From positions 99,935 to 163,934 of IMG/VR virus record IMGVR_UViG_3300024346_000008: a DNA stretch of 64,000 bases. One strand, given 5' to 3'. Position 1 is the first letter of the stretch. The number at the start of each line of letters is the position of its first letter. Source of the stretch: a virus. The translations under genes and the position numbers were made by a program. This document shows positions 39,310-48,757 of this stretch, one piece after another. Under the pieces are notes generated by a model, which was not told where the DNA came from, searched no databases, and saw only the letters and a program-made list of their open reading frames with translations.

Positions 39310-41952
39310 TTACGCAGTTGGGAACGTTGCGCCAGTTGGGAGAACATTGAAATCAAGGACGATGAATTCTGCTGTTCTTGTGGGTTGTAGATAGAGTTGT
39401 CCATAAAGGATATTTCTATCAATCACATCAGGCGTGTTATTTGTTTCATCCATTACCACACGGAATGCGTACAATCCAGAACGTTCTTGTACACTTGCGA
39501 GGTACGGGTTCACAATGTTGAGGAAACGATTACGTGTTGCTTCAACATTCTGTTCGAACACTAAATAACGTGCCGAACTTGCAATATACTTCTTCACCGC
39601 GATTAACAAACGACGAACGTTCACACGATCAAGCGCTGATGAACGGCGTTGTAATGTCTTCTGACCCCATACACAGATACCTTGTCCTGGGAACTGTGCA
39701 ATTGGGTTAACCTTTCCTTCATATAGTGTATCACGACTTGCTTGCGGTAAGCGAACCTTGACACCGACTGCACTTGCAATGCCACCACGATTTAATCCAG
39801 CGGGTGCAAACCATTCTGCTGCAACATTGTCGTTGTAGGCATAAATTTCTGGAAGAATTACTGATGGTGGAACCCAAATTAACTTATTGGTGTTCGTATC
39901 AATAACTCGTAACCACGGATAGTATGTTGCTGCGTAATTACTATCAATTTCACCTGCCTTTGCCGTTGCTGTGGCAAGAGTTGCGGTTAATCCAGTAGTA
40001 TCCATGATGTAGAATGCATCTCCACGGTCTTCACATAATGTTAGTGCAGAATCTGCGATATATGAATGATATTCATAAATAACGCCTGGAAGTACTAATA
40101 AGTTAAAATCAAACTGGTCAGGATTACTGATTGCGTTCAATGCTTTCTTATATGATACTGAGCCTGCTGATACCGAGGTTGATAAGTTGAACCCTTGACT
40201 ATTGGTAGCAACGATGTCACCACCCATATTAATATCACGTGCGGGATTTAACCCATCAAATCCACCTTGGAATGCCACTGAGAACTTACGATAGATGAAA
40301 CTATCTTCGTCTGACAATGAGATTGCCTTTGGTACTGTACCATTCGGTACATCCACAACATTTTCAAGATTAAATGCTGTTCCAACATTTACTGATCCCG
40401 ATGGGATTGGACCAAGATAAGAATTATTGGTGTCATTTCCAGCATCAAAATTCCAACCATAATAATATTTCTTGTCAATTGATTGTGTAGTATATCCTTC
40501 GACGCCATTATCAAACCAACGACTTGTGACATAATCCGGTGCCGTTAATTGTACGGCTGGCGCAGATAATGTTGATTCATATGTGGCAAATCCAAATGGA
40601 AGCGCAGTTTCTGGAATCTGTGCGTCGGTCATTTCTACCCAAATATATTGTGAGTTATTTGGGAAGTCACCTTGATAATACATTTCACCAGTTACCGTAT
40701 CTTCGGTTGGTGCACTGTTACCAATTACCCGTGCAATATACTGTGGACTATCCGGGTCAAGATTTACATTGTCAAATTGTTCTAATACTTCCGACCGTGC
40801 ATCTGTATCATTGTATCTACGAACAAAAATTGTAAATGTACCGAAGTTATATTCAACATCTCCACTAGCCTTCATGTTTGCAAACGATACTTTAATTTCC
40901 TTATTTGCAGAATTACCATCACCTAATGTGTGAATCTTGAAAAGATCTAACTTAGTTCCACCCAACGTCTGTGATTGAATCCACGGAGTAAATGCATGCT
41001 TGTAAACCCCGTGTGTTGCACCATTGAAATTTAATGCAGTACTCGATGTTTCTGCCGACATTACAGAACTAGCTAGTCTTGCTGCATCGGTTAGCGGATA
41101 TGAAGTTACGGTGGTAAGAACACCAGTTGCACTTGAACTCACAATAAATACTGTGTTTGTTGACGAGATTGCAGTATATTGCGATAGTAACGTTGTTCCA
41201 AAGTTGATTCCTGAGCCACTGACGGTAATTTCTGTTAGTTTGGTTACATCTAACCCAGCAAGAGTTGCAGTTGGTACTACATATTTTGTAAGACTTCCTG
41301 TTGAAACTGTACTTGGTACGTCACCAGTAACCAAAGATTGAGACGCCACTGCTAATCCACCCGTAACTGCGGTAGTTAACATTGAATTTAACGCGGCTTC
41401 AGGAAAAATTGTATAAATATATGAGTTTTGTGTTGTACTCGGAGTTGACGCAAAATAGTCTTGAAATGAATTTGATTGCCCTTCTACTGAAGTTAATCCA
41501 CTTTGACTAATATTTGTTCCGCCAGATGCAGTCACTGATAAACTAAATCCAGTTGATACTCCAACCGCCGTAATATTCGTAAGGGTATTTCCAGTACTAC
41601 TAGGATGTAATACTGCATATACTTTCTTACCTGCTGAACCTGATGCGTAAAGTACTGCAGATTTTGTGGTAGCTGGGTCATATCCTGTTGTTCCCAACAC
41701 ACGAACGATTGTGGCAACGCCAGATTCACGGAGATAATTTTTTGCTGATAATCCCGTGTAATGATTGGTATCTGCTTCGCCAAATCTGGTAACATATTCC
41801 TGTTGACCACGTACTATGGTCGGTATAAACGCCGGACCTTTTGGTGTGGGTCCAATAAATGCCGCCCCGATTTCACTGATACCTTGAGTTAGGAAGCTTA
41901 AATCCTTTTCTCTGGTAAATACGCCAGGGGAAACAATTCTTTCATTTGCCAT
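39310..41952 (-). CDS. gp18: Contractile tail sheath protein (T4 gp18-like)
   Basis: SPGVFTREKD, YYPW, WFAPAGLNRG, WGQKTL, RVNVRRL, FEQN and PTRTAEFI motifs. Confidence 0.96.
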   Translation of the reverse strand: MANERIVSPGVFTREKDLSFLTQGISEIGAAFIGPTPKGPAFIPTIVRGQQEYVTRFGEADTNHYTGLSAKNYLRESGVATIVRVLGTTGYDPATTKSAVLYASGSAGKKVYAVLHPSSTGNTLTNITAVGVSTGFSLSVTASGGTNISQSGLTSVEGQSNSFQDYFASTPSTTQNSYIYTIFPEAALNSMLTTAVTGGLAVASQSLVTGDVPSTVSTGSLTKYVVPTATLAGLDVTKLTEITVSGSGINFGTTLLSQYTAISSTNTVFIVSSSATGVLTTVTSYPLTDAARLASSVMSAETSSTALNFNGATHGVYKHAFTPWIQSQTLGGTKLDLFKIHTLGDGNSANKEIKVSFANMKASGDVEYNFGTFTIFVRRYNDTDARSEVLEQFDNVNLDPDSPQYIARVIGNSAPTEDTVTGEMYYQGDFPNNSQYIWVEMTDAQIPETALPFGFATYESTLSAPAVQLTAPDYVTSRWFDNGVEGYTTQSIDKKYYYGWNFDAGNDTNNSYLGPIPSGSVNVGTAFNLENVVDVPNGTVPKAISLSDEDSFIYRKFSVAFQGGFDGLNPARDINMGGDIVATNSQGFNLSTSVSAGSVSYKKALNAISNPDQFDFNLLVLPGVIYEYHSYIADSALTLCEDRGDAFYIMDTTGLTATLATATAKAGEIDSNYAATYYPWLRVIDTNTNKLIWVPPSVILPEIYAYNDNVAAEWFAPAGLNRGGIASAVGVKVRLPQASRDTLYEGKVNPIAQFPGQGICVWGQKTLQRRSSALDRVNVRRLLIAVKKYIASSARYLVFEQNVEATRNRFLNIVNPYLASVQERSGLYAFRVVMDETNNTPDVIDRNILYGQLYLQPTRTAEFIVLDFNVLPTGATFPTA

Positions 41953-41975
41953 ACGAGTCCTCCAAATGGGTTATA

Positions 41976-42236
41976 TTATTCTGATACTTCCCCGGTTTCC
42001 ATATTGATGTTACCAGTTCCATATGTTTGTTGCAACTTCTCAAATAAAACCCTTTCTTTTGTTTGAAACTCTACAAATTTATCTTGTTGAGTTTTAATGT
42101 CAGAAGATACCGTATTTAATTGATTCTCTAACATAAATTTATTTAGTGTTAATTCGCCAATTGTCGTAATCACTTCAAGAAGCATTTCACGCAATTTTTG
42201 AATTTCTAATAATTCTGCGTCTGTAACTTTTTTCAT
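41976..42236 (-). CDS. Small coiled-coil protein
   Basis: 86 aa ending YGTGNINMETGE; GAGG SD. Confidence 0.7.
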   Translation of the reverse strand: MKKVTDAELLEIQKLREMLLEVITTIGELTLNKFMLENQLNTVSSDIKTQQDKFVEFQTKERVLFEKLQQTYGTGNINMETGEVSE

Positions 42237-42345
42237 ACATTCCTCGTAAACTTATAGATTGATTATATATCATACATATATAATTTCGTGTCAAAACTTA
42301 TGTAATCTTATTAATAAATATCATTCATTATTTTCAAACTTAATA

Positions 42346-43134
42346 TTATACAAGATTTGTAACAATTTCTGTATCGAATACCACTTTCTTTGGAGAATAT
42401 TGCAATCGTGTGGTTGCCGCACGATTCCCATTTCTATCTAAGGCACTCTGTGGGAGGATATATGCTTTTACGTCAATTGAAAATTTATTACGAACCAATC
42501 TATCATTTGTCGCAGGAAGGTCCGTTAATTGTTCAAATTGGGTAATTTTTGTGATAAACTTATAGTTATTTGCTTCACCCCAATATTCATCACTTTCAAA
42601 CGAAATATTTTCCACCACCCCATTCATCTGTTCCATATATTCCGTCCATATCATTGCTTCGTAGGTAAAGTCATAATAATCTGGAATCATCGTAGTATGA
42701 TATATTTGACTTGGTGTGATTCTATTTTGTGCCGTAAATCTATCATAAATATTACGAGAATTCCATCCCGTTTTAAACGTATATTGTTGATATTTGTTCG
42801 TCGGTGATGTCATTGAATTTTTCTTCATCATAGAACGTTTTACCATAATAATTGGTAACATAATTTTTCCGTTCTTATCACGAAGGTTGCCATCTTGCTG
42901 TGCACTTTTCCATCGTTCTGGGTTTCCGTAAATAACGGGAATTTGTATCTGCTTCCCGTCTTGTGAAATTACTGGTTTAATTTTTGTTTGTAAGTATTTT
43001 AGAATAGCATTATCAATGGTATATAATCCCACTGCTACCGGCGAACTTACGCCCGGTACATGTTTATTATCATTTCCCCGATTATATCGGTTGGGTAATG
43101 TGAGATTATTTCTATCAAACGTCGGTGTACTCAT
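42346..43134 (-). CDS. gp15: Tail completion / sheath stabiliser (T4 gp15-like)
   Basis: IPVIYG.PERW, LPII, PDYYDFTYE..IWT.YMEQMN..VE.I; position after the neck genes. Confidence 0.75.
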   Translation of the reverse strand: MSTPTFDRNNLTLPNRYNRGNDNKHVPGVSSPVAVGLYTIDNAILKYLQTKIKPVISQDGKQIQIPVIYGNPERWKSAQQDGNLRDKNGKIMLPIIMVKRSMMKKNSMTSPTNKYQQYTFKTGWNSRNIYDRFTAQNRITPSQIYHTTMIPDYYDFTYEAMIWTEYMEQMNGVVENISFESDEYWGEANNYKFITKITQFEQLTDLPATNDRLVRNKFSIDVKAYILPQSALDRNGNRAATTRLQYSPKKVVFDTEIVTNLV

Positions 43135-43589
43135 GTGTGGGTTTCCTCAATATTAAGGCCACTCTTACGAGTTAAGTGTGTTTCACAAATAATATTGTGA
43201 TTATATTCAGGTCTTCCCGCAACTAGTTGAATTTCGTTCGTATTATCAATTTCATAATAGTTTTCATTATATTTGATGATATCGCCAACGTCTGGATACA
43301 CATCCACATCTTCTAATATTTTTCGTACAAATCGAAATTCTACACCAGGTTGGTTCGTATCATACCCAAATCCTTCTGCCGCAGGTTGCGTTTTCGGATA
43401 TTTTATCAATGCGTTCAAACTAATACCACGGTATCGTGGTTTCGTCAGTGATTCCCCGTAAATATTTACATTAACTACCTCATGTATTATTTTATATAAT
43501 ACAACTTCTACGTCCACCACATCCACTACGATTTCTCGATTGATGTGTTGGAAGAATAGAAAATCCCGTTCGGATACGAATCTTGGCAT
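43131..43589 (-). CDS. gp14: Head closure / neck protein (T4 gp14-like)
   Basis: NIYGES, FG, P.VGDII.Y...YYEI motifs; follows the gp13-like gene. Confidence 0.75.
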   Translation of the reverse strand: MPRFVSERDFLFFQHINREIVVDVVDVEVVLYKIIHEVVNVNIYGESLTKPRYRGISLNALIKYPKTQPAAEGFGYDTNQPGVEFRFVRKILEDVDVYPDVGDIIKYNENYYEIDNTNEIQLVAGRPEYNHNIICETHLTRKSGLNIEETHT

Positions 43590-43592
43590 ATA

Positions 43593-44759
43593 TTATAAAA
43601 TGTAGAAAGGCACTGGAATATACTTAAACATTGCTTGCATTGCTTCTGCATTTTCCATATGTTTTTTCATTTGTGCTTGGTGACCAGTTTGTTCCAAGGT
43701 TTCCCGAATTTCTTTAAGTAAATTATCTTTTTCTTGTGACGCTTCTCTACGAAGTGCATCACCATCCATGCGTATTTGTGCATCAGGTATCGGAATATTT
43801 TCATATTTAGAACGAATATTACCCAACACTTCCTTTGCTAACGCAAGTGTATAACGATATACCCAATTTCTTCCAATACTATTGATATTTTTGTACTGAA
43901 TATTGTCATATGGAATATTGGAGAAGTCGGATACCGTACTATTTTCTGACCCTGACTGTAATAATGCGTTTCCGCTTTGTTTATCATTAACCACAACATA
44001 ATCAAACCAGATAGTGGTGTCTTTGGTGAAAATTGGCGTGAATCGTATGATATTATTGGAGACAGAAAAGCTATATTGACTTTTACGAATCATATCATTG
44101 ACTTCAATTGCTTGAATACGAAGTAAATCTTCGAATGCAGGCATCATCACGAATGTTACCGGTGGAGAATATCCATCAAACCCAAACTCACTCATGAGAT
44201 TTGTTAACCCAAGACCCGTGGTTGCAAATGGGTCATAGTATCGTGCAATTGCGGGTGGCATTTGATGATATATTTTACGAATTTCAATTGCTGACCCACT
44301 TTCTTGTGGGTCTGCCCACAATTTTTTGAGGTCATACGATTGCGTATATGCAGAGGTAGCAATAAATCCTTTTTTTACAGTCACACTTCCGCCACTTTCT
44401 GCTTCCGTACCATATTGAGCAGATAATTTTACCAGTTGCGGCAGTGGTGTCGATAAAATATTTCGTTGGGTAATATTTGTCGATGTACTCATGCCCTGCA
44501 TGGACAACATATGTTCACGGGCATTAAATTGATTGACTTGGTTACTATAGGTGGTAATGGCCTCTTCCAGACACGTATACAGTTGACGATGTGTGAGTTC
44601 AACATCCACAACAGGATAACCCAACCGTCTTGCTACAAATGACGCAACTTGGGGAGCTTCCGTTTGAAACTCCGCATCATTATCATAAAATCCAAATGGT
44701 GTTAAATTATATGGATTAATTGGCGCTTCTTCAAAAATAATTGGTTCACGATTCTGCAT
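43593..44759 (-). CDS. gp13: Neck / head-tail adaptor (T4 gp13-like)
   Basis: RRLGYPVVDVEL..QL..C.EEA; WV.RYTLAL.KE.LG..RSKY..IP.P. Confidence 0.85.
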   Translation of the reverse strand: MQNREPIIFEEAPINPYNLTPFGFYDNDAEFQTEAPQVASFVARRLGYPVVDVELTHRQLYTCLEEAITTYSNQVNQFNAREHMLSMQGMSTSTNITQRNILSTPLPQLVKLSAQYGTEAESGGSVTVKKGFIATSAYTQSYDLKKLWADPQESGSAIEIRKIYHQMPPAIARYYDPFATTGLGLTNLMSEFGFDGYSPPVTFVMMPAFEDLLRIQAIEVNDMIRKSQYSFSVSNNIIRFTPIFTKDTTIWFDYVVVNDKQSGNALLQSGSENSTVSDFSNIPYDNIQYKNINSIGRNWVYRYTLALAKEVLGNIRSKYENIPIPDAQIRMDGDALRREASQEKDNLLKEIRETLEQTGHQAQMKKHMENAEAMQAMFKYIPVPFYIL

Positions 44760-44785
44760 ACAAGCCCTCTATTAGAGTCATATAC

Positions 44786-44795
44786 TATAAATATC
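44786..44795 (-). promoter_or_regulatory. Putative late promoter motif GATATTTATA (neck genes)
   Basis: About 27 nt upstream of ATG 44759, just downstream of the capsid-gene terminator. Confidence 0.7.
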
Positions 44796-44829
44796 AAAAT
44801 AGTTTATATAACCATAACTTTATAACAAT

Positions 44830-44857
44830 AAAAAGGGGTGACCTTTCGGCCACCCCC
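44830..44857 (-). terminator. Rho-independent terminator after the major capsid gene
   Basis: Minus strand reads GGGGTGGCC-GAAA-GGTCACCCC-TTTTT (GNRA loop, U-tract). Confidence 0.9.
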
Positions 44858-44886
44858 AATTATCACTATTGTTACCAAGTTACATC

Positions 44887-46515
44887 TTAGACGAGGTTGA
44901 GCTTGTCGATGTAGATCTTGCCGAAGAATTCGGGGCGAACAACCTTCTTCGCGTAACGTGTCATCACGCCACGACGAGGTGTGAAGTTCTGTGGATCGTA
45001 CACAAGTGGTGTCATGATCAATGGAATGTATGGTGCGTACACTGCGCCCGTTTCCAAGAATTGGTTACCACGGAAGCCCATCAACATCACGTTTTCTGTC
45101 ATGTATGGGTTCTTGTATACGGTGAAACGGTTCTGGAAGGAACCAATCTTCGTTACACCGGCTGCAAATTCCATCTTGTCGCCGTCGGTTCCGGCTGCAA
45201 AGCCAGGGATGGTTTCAAGAATTGTTGCAACAGTTGGTGATACGACTGCAAAGTTAGCACCGCCACGCATCGTTAATTGATGAATCTTGTTGCTCACCTT
45301 CTGCATCTTCTGACCAAGCGTTTGGAACCAAGTCATGTTGGTCCATGCCGTGCCGTAGAATGAACTTGCGGCAAATGCTCCACCACTTCCAGGTTGCTGA
45401 CCATTCCAGACTGAACCAATTTCTGCTGACCAGTATTCCGTTGTGGTTGCTGGTGCTGCATTAATTAACATGTCAAGAATTTCAAGGTCAATTTCCATTG
45501 CCACATAGTCTGACAACATACTAGTCAATTCTGCTTCTGCATCTACTGAATGGTATGCGTTCAAGTCTTGTGCAAGTTCTGGTGACCATACTGCCTTCAA
45601 CTTACGTGTCTTGGCAACAATGGTTTCCGAACGAAGTTCCAAATCAATTTCTGGAATCTGGAGGTCCGTTCCTGCATTAATACCGGCTGCTGCCGTAGTA
45701 CCACGAAGCGGATTCGTATCTTCGAAATCACCACGTGCTGTATCAACAGGTTGCTTGGTGTATGTAACACTGTTTAATACTGCGTTTGCAGTAGTAGTAA
45801 CGATAAACGTGACATTGGTTCCGTCGTACTTGGTGAATTCTGGAAGCACTGCCGAACCGAAGTTTGCGCCACTGCCACTTGGTACGAATGAACGAACTGC
45901 TAAGAAGTCAGCATTAGGTAAAACTACATTCGACACCGTGAACGAACGAAGACTACCAGTTGCAACATAATCTTGGTTGAAATTTACATCGGAAAATGCA
46001 ACCGACCCAGTAGTAACAGCTAATGACGATGTAATTTGATCATTTAATGAATAACCAAAGCGACCTGCGCCATATAGACCACCTGCTGCTTGGTTACCAA
46101 ACCCACCCCATGTACTATTTGATGCACTACCATAAAGGGATTGACCTAATGTTTGACCGTTTGATGTTGAACCATACTTGAAGTCCATGTAGAACACAAG
46201 TCCAGCAGGTAAGTTCATTGGTTGCACAGACACAAAGTTCTTTGCAGCAATTGAACCGAAGACCTTACGAACTAACGGAAGAGCAACACCGGCCCAGTTT
46301 TCACCACTGGTACCAGCTGCGTTCGTCTTACTGTTTTCTGAGAGAAGCTGTGTTGCTTGGTTTTCAAGCATTACTGCCATACCCTGCTTTTCATAGCCCT
46401 TCAATCCTTCTAGGAGGCCTGAACCTTCCCACTTACCTGCTAATTTACGGGTCTGGTCGATAACGTGCTTGTGTGCACTACCCGCTTCGTTGATAAATTC
46501 TGATACATCTGACAT
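44887..46515 (-). CDS. gp23: Major capsid protein (T4 gp23-like)
   Basis: KW..SGLLEG, LENQ, LPLVR, VQPM..P.GLVFY, KTRKLKA.WS.ELAQDL.A.H..DAEAEL, YAPY.PL and F.P..G.MTRY motifs; AAGGAG SD. Confidence 0.97.
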   Translation of the reverse strand: MSDVSEFINEAGSAHKHVIDQTRKLAGKWEGSGLLEGLKGYEKQGMAVMLENQATQLLSENSKTNAAGTSGENWAGVALPLVRKVFGSIAAKNFVSVQPMNLPAGLVFYMDFKYGSTSNGQTLGQSLYGSASNSTWGGFGNQAAGGLYGAGRFGYSLNDQITSSLAVTTGSVAFSDVNFNQDYVATGSLRSFTVSNVVLPNADFLAVRSFVPSGSGANFGSAVLPEFTKYDGTNVTFIVTTTANAVLNSVTYTKQPVDTARGDFEDTNPLRGTTAAAGINAGTDLQIPEIDLELRSETIVAKTRKLKAVWSPELAQDLNAYHSVDAEAELTSMLSDYVAMEIDLEILDMLINAAPATTTEYWSAEIGSVWNGQQPGSGGAFAASSFYGTAWTNMTWFQTLGQKMQKVSNKIHQLTMRGGANFAVVSPTVATILETIPGFAAGTDGDKMEFAAGVTKIGSFQNRFTVYKNPYMTENVMLMGFRGNQFLETGAVYAPYIPLIMTPLVYDPQNFTPRRGVMTRYAKKVVRPEFFGKIYIDKLNLV

Positions 46516-46535
46516 ATGTTATATCTCCTTAAAAA

Positions 46536-47720
46536 TTAAATGATTCCTGCGAGTTCTTGTAATCTTTTTGCTACCGTGTTTTCCACGATAACTTGCGACT
46601 TTGGAGCCGTACTGGGAACTGCCTTAGAGGCTAATCCTTCAGTAACAACTTTCTTACGTGATGCGTTGAACGTCTTCACTGCTGCGGAAAGATTTTCAAC
46701 TAATGTTGTATAAACAATCTTAACTTCACGAACGGTTGTTGCACGGTCAAATGATTCAACAATGCGAACTTTCTGTTCGTTGGTTAAACTATTTTTATGG
46801 AACATTTTGTTGGTGAAGAGTAACTTTGCATTAAGTAAGTTAACTTCTTGTAAACGGCCACGGAGAATGTTCACTGCTTCTCTGTACTGTGCCATTTCGC
46901 CCTTGAGTCTCGCAAGTTTATCAGCCATTGCCGTTTTTGCATCGGGAGCAACTTTTTCATCGCCCATTTCCGCATCGTCGGCTTCAAGTTCTGCAAGAAT
47001 TTCTTCAAGATCAATTTCTTCATCATCACCTTCTTCTGCGCCCATCGGTGCTTCCATTGGTGCTTCACCTTCTGTCTTTGGATTGCCAATTTTAGACGAA
47101 TCAGCAGGTACTTCTGGTCCTTCTTCGCCGGCCGGTTCGCTTTCTGGATATTCATCCTTTTCGGCGCCATGTTCCTTACCCGAAAGTGCAGCAATATCTT
47201 CTTCCAATTCACGAATTACTTCGTCAAGGTCAAAATCACTTTCTGACCAATCATCGTACCAATCCGTTGAACTATCTGTGTTTGCTTCTGGTCCATGACC
47301 AATGTCTGAAGTGGCTTCTGCGTCGGCAGTTGGCATCTTGTTATCTGATCCACCGATTGCTGACGTATTAGCAGGGAACTCTTTTCCACCACTAACGTTT
47401 TCGGCATCTTGCCACGGCTTTTCTGATGTTGCTTCTTTCTTCACATCGCCGCCAGTCTTTGCTGCAACTGCCTGCTTCATCGGTTCTTCAGTATCACCGT
47501 CCTTATCCGCATCAAGAAAGTCTGGCTTTGCACTTTCTTCGACTTCATCTTCGTCGTTAGCCATATCAGCTTCAACACGAAGACGGCGTGAAATCATATC
47601 ACGAATCTGTGGGGTTATTGCTTCTTCTAAAACCAATTTTGCATTTGCTACGGCAGTTTCACGAACTGCTTCTGCATCCGCAATAGCTTGTTTTAAAAGC
47701 TTGTTGGTAATCTGTGTCAT
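46536..47720 (-). CDS. gp22: Prohead core scaffolding protein (T4 gp22-like)
   Basis: Highly acidic with coiled-coil ends (AIADAEAVRETA.ANAK..LEE; EVNLLNAKLL; RLQELAGI); immediately upstream of the capsid gene. Confidence 0.82.
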   Translation of the reverse strand: MTQITNKLLKQAIADAEAVRETAVANAKLVLEEAITPQIRDMISRRLRVEADMANDEDEVEESAKPDFLDADKDGDTEEPMKQAVAAKTGGDVKKEATSEKPWQDAENVSGGKEFPANTSAIGGSDNKMPTADAEATSDIGHGPEANTDSSTDWYDDWSESDFDLDEVIRELEEDIAALSGKEHGAEKDEYPESEPAGEEGPEVPADSSKIGNPKTEGEAPMEAPMGAEEGDDEEIDLEEILAELEADDAEMGDEKVAPDAKTAMADKLARLKGEMAQYREAVNILRGRLQEVNLLNAKLLFTNKMFHKNSLTNEQKVRIVESFDRATTVREVKIVYTTLVENLSAAVKTFNASRKKVVTEGLASKAVPSTAPKSQVIVENTVAKRLQELAGII

Positions 47721-47813
47721 AAAATTAAACTCCTGAAAGGAATAGAACAGATATTTTATCTGTTATTAAATATTAAATTTACCACTAATATTAAAGATTA
47801 GTGTTTACTATTA

Positions 47814-47822
47814 TATAAATAT
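47814..47822 (-). promoter_or_regulatory. Putative late promoter motif ATATTTATA (scaffold/capsid)
   Basis: About 94 nt upstream of the scaffold ATG, followed by two small hairpins. Confidence 0.6.
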
Positions 47823-47841
47823 AATGTTAATTTCTAAAACG

Positions 47842-48057
47842 TTAATTATCGTATTGTTTTTGTCGTGCAACTCTTTTTTCTTCACGTTTTTTACGACGAA
47901 ATGCTTCTTGACGTTTAAATGCTTTCTTTTTTGATGGTTTTAGATAATGTTCTCTGTTACGAAGTTCCTGCAACAGTTCCGATTTCTTGACCATCTTGGT
48001 GAATACTTTTAATGCTTTGTTGAGTTCATCTTTTCCATCCTTTACAATAACTTCCAT
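47842..48057 (-). CDS. rpsU: Ribosomal protein bS21 homologue
   Basis: V.VKDG...LNKALKVF.K.V.KS.LLQELRNREHYLKPSKKK...R..A.RR is the bS21 signature; GGAGG SD. Confidence 0.9.
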   Translation of the reverse strand: MEVIVKDGKDELNKALKVFTKMVKKSELLQELRNREHYLKPSKKKAFKRQEAFRRKKREEKRVARQKQYDN

Positions 48058-48067
48058 ACTGCCTCCA

Positions 48068-48754
48068 TTAACTTTTTTGTTTTGGAACTAATCGTCCATT
48101 TTGTGATGTGTGTGTTACTTTCTTATTCTTACCATATCGACCAAATCCTAAATAGTCGAGTCCCAACTGCTGTGCTTGTTTTGCAATTTCACTGTCTTCT
48201 GCTGCTGGTTTTGATGTAGCTGGAGTAGATGGGGTGGTTGATGGAGTATCTGGTGCCGGATGTTCTTTTGCTTGATGTACTAGTATCTTTGCATCGGGAA
48301 ATTCTGTTCTCAGTGCTTTTACTGCTTGTACATTTTTTGGAGAATCATCAATAAAGGCAACCTTATCATATCCATCTTTTATATGTTTTCTAATATATGC
48401 CGCTTTCTTTTCTGGATTTGCATCTCCCAGTGCAGCAATAGATACACCGGAAGTAATTCCATGCATCTTTAAAAATTGTGCAACAGGACGAGTGTGACCT
48501 CGTGCGGTTAACACAGTAATTTTATCGGCTCGACCAATTGCTTGTTTTAACAGTTTGACAAATCGTTGAATTGGTTTTGGATTAATTAATTTATCAAATT
48601 CTGAGAAGTCAAACTTATCCCCTGGTTGCTCATCGTATACGGCAAATGCAGCGGGGTCCATTTCAATTCGTTTTCCGCCACGGGTAAGAAAGATTTTGGA
48701 ATCGGTCTGTGCCAATGTGTCATCAAAATCACTGACAAATAATGTTTTACCCAT
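48068..48754 (-). CDS. HAD-superfamily phosphatase (Pnkp-phosphatase-like)
   Basis: DFDDTL (DxDxT), VLTAR, K and FIDDS..N motifs; Pro/Thr linker and a small C-terminal GLDYLGFGRYG domain. Confidence 0.82.
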   Translation of the reverse strand: MGKTLFVSDFDDTLAQTDSKIFLTRGGKRIEMDPAAFAVYDEQPGDKFDFSEFDKLINPKPIQRFVKLLKQAIGRADKITVLTARGHTRPVAQFLKMHGITSGVSIAALGDANPEKKAAYIRKHIKDGYDKVAFIDDSPKNVQAVKALRTEFPDAKILVHQAKEHPAPDTPSTTPSTPATSKPAAEDSEIAKQAQQLGLDYLGFGRYGKNKKVTHTSQNGRLVPKQKS

Positions 48755-48757
48755 AGA

